From an uncultured Clostridia bacterium (GTDB lineage Bacteria > CAYTYR01 > UBA6262), in assembly GCA_964441745.1 (NCBI GenBank), contig CAYTYR010000002.1, positions 106,325-126,324 on the forward strand: DNA of 20,000 nt. The letters are read 5' to 3'. Position numbers and translations under genes: made by a program. Shown here piece after piece: positions 1 to 7,597 of the stretch. Every line of letters starts with the position of its first letter. The stretch's first letter is position 1. The notes below the pieces were generated by a model, which ran no database searches, was not told where the DNA came from, and worked only from the letters and a program-made list of their open reading frames with translations.

Positions 1-1
1 A

Positions 2-352
2 GGAGGTAGTGGACGTGTGGAAACCGGGCAGAATTGGTTGACGAATTCAGATGCCCGATATAAAACCAATATAACCACTCTTGAAGGAGCCCTGCCTAAA
101 ATATTATCATTACGCGGTGTTAGATATGACATGAAAACAGAAAAGAATATTATTCCAGGTAAAGGCAAGCAAATTGGTTTTATTGCCCAAGAGCTGGAGC
201 AACAGTTTCCGGAATTCGTAGTTACAGACAATAAAGGCTATAAAGCAGTGGCATATGATAAACTTACAGCTATTTTAGTAAATGCTATAAAAGAACAACA
301 AGCCCAGATCGAAGATCTGAAGAAACAAGTAGCTGAATTGTCGAAAAAATAA
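2..352 (+). CDS. C-terminal fragment of a protein ending in a Peptidase_S74 (intramolecular chaperone/autocleavage) domain plus coiled coil; 5' end lies outside the window
   Basis: The frame is open from base 2. It shows the S74 signature SDARYKTNI...LRGVRY...IGFIAQELEQQFPEFV...VAYDKLTAILVNAIKEQQAQIEDLK. Confidence 0.85.
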   Translation, partial: GGSGRVETGQNWLTNSDARYKTNITTLEGALPKILSLRGVRYDMKTEKNIIPGKGKQIGFIAQELEQQFPEFVVTDNKGYKAVAYDKLTAILVNAIKEQQAQIEDLKKQVAELSKK

Positions 353-364
353 GTGGAGCTATTA

Positions 365-2143
365 ATGAAGTTCTTTAATTTAAAACTGGTTGTGCTCCTG
401 TCTATTCTATCAACTATCAACTATCAACCATCAACTGTCTCCGCCAGTGTGACTCTTGACTCTGGTGAAACAGTTATCCTGGCGTTGAGTGAGGAAATAA
501 ATATTTCCGGTAGTTTGACTATTGCCAACACTGCTACGCTGGATACCTCAGCCGGCGACATCGGCATCACCTTGAGCGGCAGTTGGCTCAACTCCGGCGC
601 CTATCTCCCGGGCACGACGGATATTACTTTTACCGGGACGGGAAATTCAGCGATCACCGGGAGTAACACCTTTTGTAACTTTACCTGTACTGCGCCTGGC
701 AAACAATTCACTTTTGAATCCGGCAAAGAACAAATTATCACCGGCAAGCTTACTTTAGCCGGCTCCGCCGCCAATAAGATCCTTTTACGCGCCTTAACTG
801 CCGGGTCCCGCTGGTCTTTCCAGATGCAAAATAATACCCAGCAGATCGATTATGTGGATGTCCAAGACAGTAATGCGCCAGCCAAGATCATTAATTGTTA
901 TCATTCTCTTGATTCCGGCAACAATACCGGTGAATGGGAATTTGTTTCCCTGACTATTGACGATCCTGTCTCCGGAGCCACGGTTAATACTACCCCGGCC
1001 GTTTTCGGCAAAGCCGGCGCGAATGCCACAGTCAGCCTCAAAGACCAAGCTGGCCTAAAAGTAGCCACTGCTGGGGCAGATAGTTCTGGCAATTACTTTA
1101 CTTTTGTTTCTACTCCCATCTCTGCCGGCGCCAACACCCTGACCGCGTATGTAGATACCATTCAGGGGCAATCTATTGATCTGACCGTCACTACCGCGCT
1201 GGCCGGGGGGCAGGTCCCGGAGATCCTTTCCCTGGCTACGGGTGACACCATTAGAGGAACGGTGCCAGATATTTCCGGTAAAAGCACTCCTGGGGCTTCA
1301 GTTAATCTTTTAAAAGTAACAGCCTTGCTTACAGCATCCCTGGTTCCCAGTTTCAGTGATGCTGAATATAGATATGACCTGATCGCGGCGGCGATAGCTG
1401 ATGCCAATGGCAATTTTACTTTTGCCGCGGCTGTTTATCAAGATTATCTTATCCCCGGTGTCAATAATTTCATGGTTACGGCCAATGGCGCCCGTTCCAG
1501 TATCCTGGCGGTCAAGGTTGCCACTCCCTTAGGCATAGTTTTTGATGCTAAGACCAATCATGCCCTGTCTGGGGCGAGTGTTTCTTTATATCGGTCAAAT
1601 GGCACCTTGGCTCAGCCTGGGGTTGATCTCCCGGCGGCTGACACTAATCCGCAGACAGTCGCTGCCGATGGCTCATATGGTTTTGTTTGCAACAGCGGGG
1701 ATTATTATTGCACTGTCAGTTATTCAACATATCGCTACCCGTCAATCCGGAGTATCTTTGATGCTTCCAGAAAGATCATCATTGGTTCCAAAATGGATAC
1801 CTTTACAGTCGGCAGCCGTATTTTCCAGATGGACCTGCCGCTTGATCCAAGTGAAGCCTTCTTCTGCTATCCCAATCCATTCAATCCCAATCAACAAGAC
1901 CTGGCTATTCAATACTATTTGGAAAATGACGCTAATGTCTCTATCGCTATCTATAATCTGGCTGGGGAAATGGTCAGGAGCTGGGAGATACCAGCCGGCG
2001 GGCAATATGCCCAGGCCGGGATGAACCGGATTTACTGGAATGGCCGTAACGATGCCGATGCCAAATCAGCCTCTGGAATCTACTTTATTTTAGTGAATTG
2101 CGGCGGGTCTAAAAAGACCTTTAAAGTGGCCTTGGTCAAATAA
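365..2143 (+). CDS. Secreted/surface protein with Ig-like and carboxypeptidase-regulatory-like domains and a C-terminal FlgD-Ig/T9SS type A sorting-like domain
   Basis: GGAG at 355-358 precedes ATG 365. There is an N-terminal hydrophobic signal, a Gly/Thr/Ser-rich beta body and GIVFDAKTNHALSGASVSLY. The C-terminus reads CYPNPFNP...IYNLAGEMVR...WNGRND...SGIYF...KVALVK. Confidence 0.75.
   Translation: MKFFNLKLVVLLSILSTINYQPSTVSASVTLDSGETVILALSEEINISGSLTIANTATLDTSAGDIGITLSGSWLNSGAYLPGTTDITFTGTGNSAITGSNTFCNFTCTAPGKQFTFESGKEQIITGKLTLAGSAANKILLRALTAGSRWSFQMQNNTQQIDYVDVQDSNAPAKIINCYHSLDSGNNTGEWEFVSLTIDDPVSGATVNTTPAVFGKAGANATVSLKDQAGLKVATAGADSSGNYFTFVSTPISAGANTLTAYVDTIQGQSIDLTVTTALAGGQVPEILSLATGDTIRGTVPDISGKSTPGASVNLLKVTALLTASLVPSFSDAEYRYDLIAAAIADANGNFTFAAAVYQDYLIPGVNNFMVTANGARSSILAVKVATPLGIVFDAKTNHALSGASVSLYRSNGTLAQPGVDLPAADTNPQTVAADGSYGFVCNSGDYYCTVSYSTYRYPSIRSIFDASRKIIIGSKMDTFTVGSRIFQMDLPLDPSEAFFCYPNPFNPNQQDLAIQYYLENDANVSIAIYNLAGEMVRSWEIPAGGQYAQAGMNRIYWNGRNDADAKSASGIYFILVNCGGSKKTFKVALVK
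407..438 (+). repeat. 7-nt tandem repeat (CAACTAT)x~4 inside a signal-peptide coding region
   Basis: ctat CAACTAT CAACTAT CAACCAT CAACTGT, encoding STINYQPSTV. Confidence 0.85.
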
Positions 2144-2167
2144 TCAGGTATTTTGCGAAAAAACCCC

Positions 2168-2196
2168 TTGACAGAACATGCAATATAATGTATATT
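2168..2196 (+). promoter_or_regulatory. Sigma70-type promoter of the abiE pair
   Basis: TTGACA (2168-2173), 17-nt spacer, TATATT (2191-2196). Confidence 0.65.
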
Positions 2197-2233
2197 TATT
2201 TCAGAAACTCCTAATTTAATAGGATAAGCTGAA

Positions 2234-2866
2234 ATGAATTACTTAGTATTAATAAAAAATCTACAAAAACGTAAATATTTCCTTTTTTCACTGCAGGATT
2301 TGATCGTTCTTTTCCCAAATGCCGGTAAAAAGACGCTTCAAAACCAACTTACAGCCTGGGTTGGCAAAGGCTATATCAGGCATCTCAAACAAAATCTATA
2401 TGAATTAATAGACAAAGGAGATCCGGATCAGGTAATTCCTGATCTCTATATCGCTAATAGGCTTTATTCGCCTTCATACGTTTCTTTGGAGACCGCTCTT
2501 TCTATTTACAATATTATCCCGGAAGTTGCTTTTGGTGTAACCGCGGTAACGACCAAGCCTACCCGTGTTTTCAAAAACCAGTACGGTCAATTTAGATATT
2601 TTTCTTGTCAGCCAAACGCCTATATCGGATATGTCATAAAAGAATATTCCGGGTATAAAGTTTTTATGGCGGAACCAGAGAAAGCGATCATTGATTTCCT
2701 GTACTTTCGGTTCAGGGGAAATGATCTTCCCAATTTTGCCGCTGAAAGAATGAATATTGCCTTACTCCAGAAATTAGATTGGCGCAAAATTTCCAAATAT
2801 TGCGGGTTATATAATAAACGAATGCGTAAACATGTCCGGAAGCTAAAGGAGTACGCAGGATGCTGA
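2234..2866 (+). CDS. abiEi: Type IV toxin-antitoxin antitoxin, AbiEi family (wHTH transcriptional regulator)
   Basis: Motifs IANRLYSPSYVSLETALSIYNIIPE, VTTKPTRVF and AEPEKAIIDFLY. The gene overlaps the downstream nucleotidyltransferase gene. Confidence 0.88.
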   Translation: MNYLVLIKNLQKRKYFLFSLQDLIVLFPNAGKKTLQNQLTAWVGKGYIRHLKQNLYELIDKGDPDQVIPDLYIANRLYSPSYVSLETALSIYNIIPEVAFGVTAVTTKPTRVFKNQYGQFRYFSCQPNAYIGYVIKEYSGYKVFMAEPEKAIIDFLYFRFRGNDLPNFAAERMNIALLQKLDWRKISKYCGLYNKRMRKHVRKLKEYAGC

Positions 2867-3645
2867 CCAGAGAAGGATTGCGAGCCCAAGCCAAGCTGTT
2901 AGGCTTGCCTTTAAATAAAGAAAGAGCGATCATCAGGGAGTATGCGCAGACTATTGTTTTGAAAGCTATTTATCAGAGTGAATTTGGCCGGAAATTGTTA
3001 TTCAAGGGCGGTACAGCTCTGAGATTTGCTTATAACTTGGGGCGTTTTTCCGAAGATCTGGATTTTACCGGTCAGGATTTCCCGGCGGATGATTTTTCAG
3101 CCGTGATCGCTTTATGCCGGAAGGCTTTGAACCAGGAAGGATTTAAATGCGTAACCTCGGAAAAGAACAAGGAAAATATAAAAGCCGGATGGATAAAATT
3201 AACCAATATCCTGCAAGAATATAAAATTACCAATATTAAAAGTGAAAAGCTGATGATCAAGCTGGAAGTGAGTCTTCCCGAGCGCCCTCTACAAAGAGAA
3301 CCGGCAGTCATAGATAAATATGGTTATTTGTTTACGGTTTCTTTGCTGGAGCAGGGCGGTATTTTTGCAGAAAAGATTGATGCTTTACTGCGTCGTTGCC
3401 GCGGCCGGGATATTTATGACTTGATTTTCCTGCTTAGAAATAAATTCTTGATCAATGAACAGGTTTTCCAGGCAAAAGGCTGGAAGATAGCGCCGCGCCA
3501 GGCAATCCTTGAAAGAATGGAGAAATTAACTCCTAAAGAATTGAACCGTTTAGCGGCGCAATTAGAACCTTTTCTGTTAAAGGAAGAAGAAACAGAGTAT
3601 ATAATCAATGCTAAAACATATGTGAAAGCTTTGAACATAACTTGA
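2860..3645 (+). CDS. abiEii: Type IV TA toxin, AbiEii/AbiGii-family nucleotidyltransferase
   Basis: Motifs LLFKGGTALRFAY...RFSEDLDF and AEKIDALLRR...GRDIYDL. Confidence 0.9.
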   Translation: MLTREGLRAQAKLLGLPLNKERAIIREYAQTIVLKAIYQSEFGRKLLFKGGTALRFAYNLGRFSEDLDFTGQDFPADDFSAVIALCRKALNQEGFKCVTSEKNKENIKAGWIKLTNILQEYKITNIKSEKLMIKLEVSLPERPLQREPAVIDKYGYLFTVSLLEQGGIFAEKIDALLRRCRGRDIYDLIFLLRNKFLINEQVFQAKGWKIAPRQAILERMEKLTPKELNRLAAQLEPFLLKEEETEYIINAKTYVKALNIT

Positions 3646-3669
3646 CAAAACAGGATTTTCTGCTATATT
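3642..3669 (+). promoter_or_regulatory. Sigma70-type promoter upstream of the nucleotide-sugar genes
   Basis: TTGACA 3642-3647 overlaps the abiEii stop codon. An extended -10 TGcTATATT follows at 3661-3669. Confidence 0.6.
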
Positions 3670-3686
3670 TAATAAAAGTAATCATA

Positions 3687-3808
3687 AAGTTAATAGTCAC
3701 AGGTTGAAGGTTGTAGAAGTAGGTATGGAAGTAGGAAGTAAGGCTTTAAGCCCAACTTCCTCAGACCTAAGACTAAACCTACTTCCAAAACCAATACCCT
3801 TTAACTGT
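3687..3808. repeat. Imperfect palindromic element (GGAAGTAGG/CCTACTTCC family), ORF-less copy 1
   Basis: AGGTTGTAGAAGTAGGTATGGAAGTAGGAAGTA-AGGCTTTAAGCCC-AACTTCC...AAACCTACTTCCAAAACCAATACCCTTTAACTGT. Very similar to 7238-7358 and to the arms at 9218-9278/9711-9770. Confidence 0.85.
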
Positions 3809-3831
3809 TTTTAGTATTAATAGGAGATCTC

Positions 3832-4779
3832 ATGTCAAAGTTTTTAGTTACCGGCGGGGCTGGCTTCATCGGCTCCAATATCACCGAAGCCCTGCTGCAG
3901 AAAAAGCACAAAGTCCGTATCCTGGACAATTTCGCTACCGGCAAGCTTTCCAATCTTGCCGGCTTCCGCTCCAAAATTGACATCATCAAGGGCGATGTCC
4001 GCGATGTCAAGACGGTCAACCGGGCAGTCCAAGGGGTGGATTATGTTCTCCACCAGGCCGCTTTGCCTTCAGTGGCCCGTTCCGTAGCTGATCCTGCTCT
4101 TAGCAATGCGGTCAATATTGACGGCACCCTGAATGTCCTGATTGCGGCCCGTGACCACAAGGTCAAAAGGGTAGTCTATGCCGCCTCCAGCTCTGCTTAT
4201 GGCGATACGCCAGTCTTGCCCAAGGTGGAGACGATGGCTTCCAATCCGCTCTCTCCCTATGCGACTACTAAACTAGCCGGAGAATTATACTGCCGCAATT
4301 TTGCCAGGATCTTCGGCCTGGAAACAGTCTGCCTGCGCTATTTCAACGTCTTTGGCCCCAAGCAGGACCCGGCTAGTTTTTACAGCGCGGTCATTCCCAA
4401 GTTTATCAGTGCTATGCTCATGGGAGAATCCCCGCGTATCAATGGTGACGGCCGGCAAAGCCGTGACTTTACCTATATCGAAAATGTAGTTTCAGCTAAT
4501 ATCCTGGCTTGTACCGCGCCCAAGGCCTCCGGCGAAGTATTTAATGTCGCCTGCGGCCGGCGTTATACTGTGCTGGAATTAGCAGAAAAAATAGCCCGCA
4601 TCCTGCGGATGGCCCTGAAACCGGAATTCGGTCCGGCCGCGCCCGGTGATGTGAAACATTCCCTGGCAGATATCCGCAAAGCCAAAAAAATATTAAAATA
4701 TACCGTGAAAGTGAACTTTGACGAAGGTCTGCGCCGCACTATTCACTGGTTTATTACCGGAGGAAAACAAGATGCATGA
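3832..4779 (+). CDS. NAD-dependent epimerase/dehydratase (extended SDR), WbpP-like UDP-N-acetylhexosamine 4-epimerase
   Basis: Motifs TGGAGFIGS, HQAALPSV, YATTK (YxxxK), LRYFNVFGPKQDP and SRDFTYI. RBS AGGAG. Confidence 0.9.
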   Translation: MSKFLVTGGAGFIGSNITEALLQKKHKVRILDNFATGKLSNLAGFRSKIDIIKGDVRDVKTVNRAVQGVDYVLHQAALPSVARSVADPALSNAVNIDGTLNVLIAARDHKVKRVVYAASSSAYGDTPVLPKVETMASNPLSPYATTKLAGELYCRNFARIFGLETVCLRYFNVFGPKQDPASFYSAVIPKFISAMLMGESPRINGDGRQSRDFTYIENVVSANILACTAPKASGEVFNVACGRRYTVLELAEKIARILRMALKPEFGPAAPGDVKHSLADIRKAKKILKYTVKVNFDEGLRRTIHWFITGGKQDA

Positions 4780-6619
4780 GGAAAGACTAAAAAAGATCGT
4801 GGAGAAAAAGGCTAAAGCCGCTATTATCGGTCTCGGCTATGTCGGACTGCCCCTGGCGGTAGAATTGGCCAAGGCTGGCTTTGATGTGACAGGCATAGAT
4901 GTGGATAAGCGTAAGACAGATGCTATCAACAAAGGTCTTTCTTACATCCAGGATGTACCTTCAGCCGAAGTCAAAGAGCTGGTCAAAGCCGGCAAACTCC
5001 GGGCGACCACTGACTTTAGCGTCCTCAGGCATATCGACACTATCAATATCTGCGTCCCGACGCCTTTGCGCAAATCAAAAGACCCGGATATTTCCTATAT
5101 TCTCTCGGCTACTGCAGAAATAGCCAAATACCTGCACAAGGGCCAGCTCATTATCCTGGAAAGCACCACCTATCCTGGCACCACCGAAGAAGTCATGCAG
5201 CCGATGCTGGAAAAGAAGGGGCTCAAAGCCGGCCGTGATTTCCACCTGGCTTTTTCACCGGAGCGCGTGGACCCGGGCAATCCCCAGTTTAAGACCAAGA
5301 ATATTACCAAAGTTGTCGGCGGCTATACTCCCCACTGCACCGAGTTGGCCGTGGCTCTTTACAGCCAGGCCATTGATAACGTCTTGCCAGTCAGCTCCAC
5401 CCGGGTAGCCGAGACAGTCAAGCTGTTGGAAAATACCTTCCGCTCGATCAATATCGGCATGGTCAATGAAATGGCCATTATCTGTGACAAGCTCGGTATC
5501 GATGTCTGGGAAGTGATCGATGCGGCTGCGACCAAGCCATTCGGCTTTATGCCATTCTATCCTGGCCCTGGCATTGGGGGGCATTGTCTTGCCGCTGATG
5601 AATACATCTTCGTAAAAAATGATATGGGTGTACAGACTATTAAAATCGGAGATTATGTAAATAATTTAAGCAATTCTGATTCCACTTTAAAGCATCAACT
5701 AAGGGATATTACCTTAGTTAAACCTCAAAATGCCCAAACCCTTTCTTTTGATATGCAAAGCAAGACCTTCTCTTATAAAGATATTAATATTATGTCCAAA
5801 AGAGCATATAACGGGGAAATGAAAAGGATCAGCACTACTGATGGCCGTAAGATCACCGTCACAGATAAGCATCCCATGCTGGTTCATGATGCTGAAGGCA
5901 CTATACAGATCAAATTGGCTCAAGATATTCAGCCGGGAGATAGACTGCCACTTTGTTCTTTTTGGAAAGAAACAACAGAAAATATCAGTAAAAAGTTCAA
6001 AAGACACGATTCTTTTGCTACCGTAGAAGTAAAAGCTGTTGACACCATGCCTGGGCAGGATGTTTATTCTATGGAAGTGGATGATACTAACACTTTTGTA
6101 TCGTCTTATGGCATTGTTACCCATAATTGCATTCCATTAGACCCGCATTACCTGTCCTGGCGGGTACGGCTGGAAGGGTATGAAGCCAGGTTCATCGAAC
6201 TGGCTGGACAGATCAACCGCTCCATGCCAGAATATGTCATCAACAAGCTCAACGATGCTCTCAATGACAAGGGTAAGTCAGTGAAAAATGCCAAGATCCT
6301 GGTCCTGGGAGTGGCTTACAAGAATGACATTGATGATGTCCGCGAATCGCCGGCTATTGATTTCATCAAGCTCCTGCAGAAAAAAGGCGCCAAAGTTAAC
6401 TACCACGACCCGTTTATTCCAAACCTGGGACATGAAGGCATTAATTTAAAGTCTGTGCCCCTGACTGAGAGCACGGTCAAGTCTGTGGATGCGGTAGTCA
6501 TCATCACCAGGCACAAGGCTATCGACTACAAATGGCTGGTTTCCAAGGCTAAATTGGTCATCGATACCCGTAATGCCACCAAATCCCTTGGTAAACGGGC
6601 TAATGTGGTGAAACTATAA
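4772..6619 (+). CDS. wbpA: UDP-N-acetyl-D-glucosamine 6-dehydrogenase (WbpA-type nucleotide-sugar dehydrogenase) containing an intein
   Basis: GGAGG precedes ATG 4772, which overlaps the upstream stop. Motifs IGLGYVGLP, ICVPTP, ESTTYPGTT, FSPERVDPGN, KLLENTFR, PGPGIGGH-[intein]-CIPLDPHYL and GVAYKNDIDDVRESP. Confidence 0.88.
   Translation: MHEERLKKIVEKKAKAAIIGLGYVGLPLAVELAKAGFDVTGIDVDKRKTDAINKGLSYIQDVPSAEVKELVKAGKLRATTDFSVLRHIDTINICVPTPLRKSKDPDISYILSATAEIAKYLHKGQLIILESTTYPGTTEEVMQPMLEKKGLKAGRDFHLAFSPERVDPGNPQFKTKNITKVVGGYTPHCTELAVALYSQAIDNVLPVSSTRVAETVKLLENTFRSINIGMVNEMAIICDKLGIDVWEVIDAAATKPFGFMPFYPGPGIGGHCLAADEYIFVKNDMGVQTIKIGDYVNNLSNSDSTLKHQLRDITLVKPQNAQTLSFDMQSKTFSYKDINIMSKRAYNGEMKRISTTDGRKITVTDKHPMLVHDAEGTIQIKLAQDIQPGDRLPLCSFWKETTENISKKFKRHDSFATVEVKAVDTMPGQDVYSMEVDDTNTFVSSYGIVTHNCIPLDPHYLSWRVRLEGYEARFIELAGQINRSMPEYVINKLNDALNDKGKSVKNAKILVLGVAYKNDIDDVRESPAIDFIKLLQKKGAKVNYHDPFIPNLGHEGINLKSVPLTESTVKSVDAVVIITRHKAIDYKWLVSKAKLVIDTRNATKSLGKRANVVKL
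5585..6127 (+). mobile_element. Mini-intein (181 aa, no homing endonuclease visible) inserted at the catalytic Cys of the dehydrogenase
   Basis: Starts CLAADEYI (block A), has ITVTDKHPML (block B TxxH) and VYSMEVDDTNTF (block F), and ends IVTHN|C (block G). Removal restores GGHCIPLDP. The segment is visibly AT-richer than the exteins. Confidence 0.93.
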
Positions 6620-6629
6620 TGAATCTGCG

Positions 6630-6938
6630 TTGATTTATTCTTTAACTGCTAAAGGTAATTTTTCTAAAGACTGGGGCCTAAAGGAACAGATACAAAGAGC
6701 CTCGGTTTCCATAATGAGTAATATTGCTGAGGGATTTGACTGTAGTTCTAGTATAGAATTTGCCAGGTTTCTTGGAATAGCACGAAGGTCAGTTTCAGAG
6801 GTTCAAAACCAGCTTTATATTGCTCAAGATTTAGACTATATTAGTGTGGCTGAATTTAAACTCTTATATAATAACCTAGAAGAAACAAGAAGACTAATAA
6901 CTGCCTTTATCAAGTATCTTAAAAGCCATAAGTCTTAA
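6630..6938 (+). CDS. Four-helix-bundle protein (23S rRNA IVP/S23/Avd-like family), apparently N-terminally truncated and possibly a pseudogene
   Basis: Motifs GLKEQIQRASVSIMSNIAEGFD and FLGIARRSVSEVQNQLYIAQDLDYI. The usual N-terminal F.DL..WQ segment is missing, there is an in-frame stop at 6609-6611, and only a TTG start without an RBS is available. Confidence 0.8.
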   Translation: MIYSLTAKGNFSKDWGLKEQIQRASVSIMSNIAEGFDCSSSIEFARFLGIARRSVSEVQNQLYIAQDLDYISVAEFKLLYNNLEETRRLITAFIKYLKSHKS

Positions 6939-6998
6939 CTCGCAACTCGCAACTCGCAACTCGCAACTCGCAACTCGCAACTTGGAACTCGTAACTGT
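6937..6998 (+). repeat. 7-nt tandem repeat (AACTCGC)x6 plus degenerate units, ending AACTGT
   Basis: Six perfect AACTCGC units (6937-6978), then AACTTGG AACTCGT AACTGT. The array starts in the stop codon of the four-helix-bundle gene. Confidence 0.95.
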
Positions 6999-7012
6999 AT
7001 TATGCATTTCGC

Positions 7013-7041
7013 TTGACAAACCCGATTTTGTCTGCTATGTA
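7013..7041 (+). promoter_or_regulatory. Putative sigma70 promoter with a dyad in the spacer
   Basis: TTGACA 7013-7018, 17-nt spacer, TGcTATGTA, with a GACAAA...TTTGTC dyad. It resembles the promoter at 3642. Confidence 0.5.
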
Positions 7042-7058
7042 TCTATATATCTTTAAAA

Positions 7059-7104
7059 CCCGCCTGCCCTCGCATCTTTGATTTGCAGGCAAATCAGCAG
7101 AGGG
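7059..7104 (-). repeat. REP-like GC-rich hairpin, copy 1
   Basis: Its reverse complement CCCTCTGCTGATTTGCCTGCAAATCAAAGATGCGAGGGCAGGCGGG matches 13799-13847. Core stem TGATTTGC/GCAAATCA. Confidence 0.75.
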
Positions 7105-7142
7105 TAACCTTATTTTAATGTAGTTTAGTAGATTCCCTACAG

Positions 7143-7184
7143 GCTACAAAAGTGTATCACTACACTTATGTAGCTTTTTATTTT
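7143..7184 (+). terminator. Putative intrinsic terminator
   Basis: GCTACAAAAGTGTA-tcac-TACACTTATGTAGC stem followed by TTTTTATTTT. Confidence 0.65.
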
Positions 7185-7237
7185 CAAAATAGTTGGTATA
7201 ACCTGGTATAACCAAATCGTACAATTTCAATAAAATA

Positions 7238-7358
7238 TGTTTAAAGTTTGAGGTTGTAGAAGTAGGTATGGAAGTAAGAAGTAGGTCTTAAGGCTTAAAG
7301 CCCAACTTCCAAAGACCTCAAACCAAACCTACTTCCAAAACCAACACCCAATAACAGT
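7238..7358. repeat. Imperfect palindromic element (GGAAGTAGG/CCTACTTCC family), ORF-less copy 2
   Basis: AGGTTGTAGAAGTAGGTATGGAAGTAAGAAGTAGG...AGGCTTAAAGCCCAACTTCCAAAGACCTCAAACCAAACCTACTTCCAAAACCAACACCC. Confidence 0.85.
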
Positions 7359-7399
7359 ATTTATCTCTGTAATCGTTTTTAAGAGGAGGTTACTTAAGT

Positions 7400-7576
7400 A
7401 TGAATGGTCATCTGACAGTATGTCAAGTTTGCCAAAGACTCCATTGCCATCCCAATACTCTCAAGAGATGGGAGAAACGGTTGAGCCTGCGTGTCAAACG
7501 GGATTACCGTAACTATCGTATTTACACCGAAGACGACATCAAGAGGATCGAATCCTATATTACCCAGGAAAAATAA
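7400..7576 (+). CDS. Small stand-alone MerR-type helix-turn-helix protein (58 aa; not in the ORF track)
   Basis: Strong RBS GAGGAGGT at 7383-7390. My translation is MNGHLTVCQVCQRLHCHPNTLKRWEKRLSLRVKRDYRNYRIYTEDDIKRIESYITQEK, which has the MerR HTH pattern TLKRWE...R...NYRIYTEDDI. Confidence 0.85.
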   Translation: MNGHLTVCQVCQRLHCHPNTLKRWEKRLSLRVKRDYRNYRIYTEDDIKRIESYITQEK

Positions 7577-7597
7577 TTTTCCCGAAAAGGACCCCCC

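Noticed and set aside
4718-4771. ORF-track TTG start of the dehydrogenase
   Set aside because: It lies inside the epimerase gene. ATG 4772 has a GGAGG RBS and a typical stop/start overlap.
7043-7190. Known riboswitch (e.g. c-di-GMP) in the EPS leader
   Set aside because: I could not match the consensus motifs by eye, and the main hairpin is explained by a REP-like repeat. An Rfam scan would settle it.
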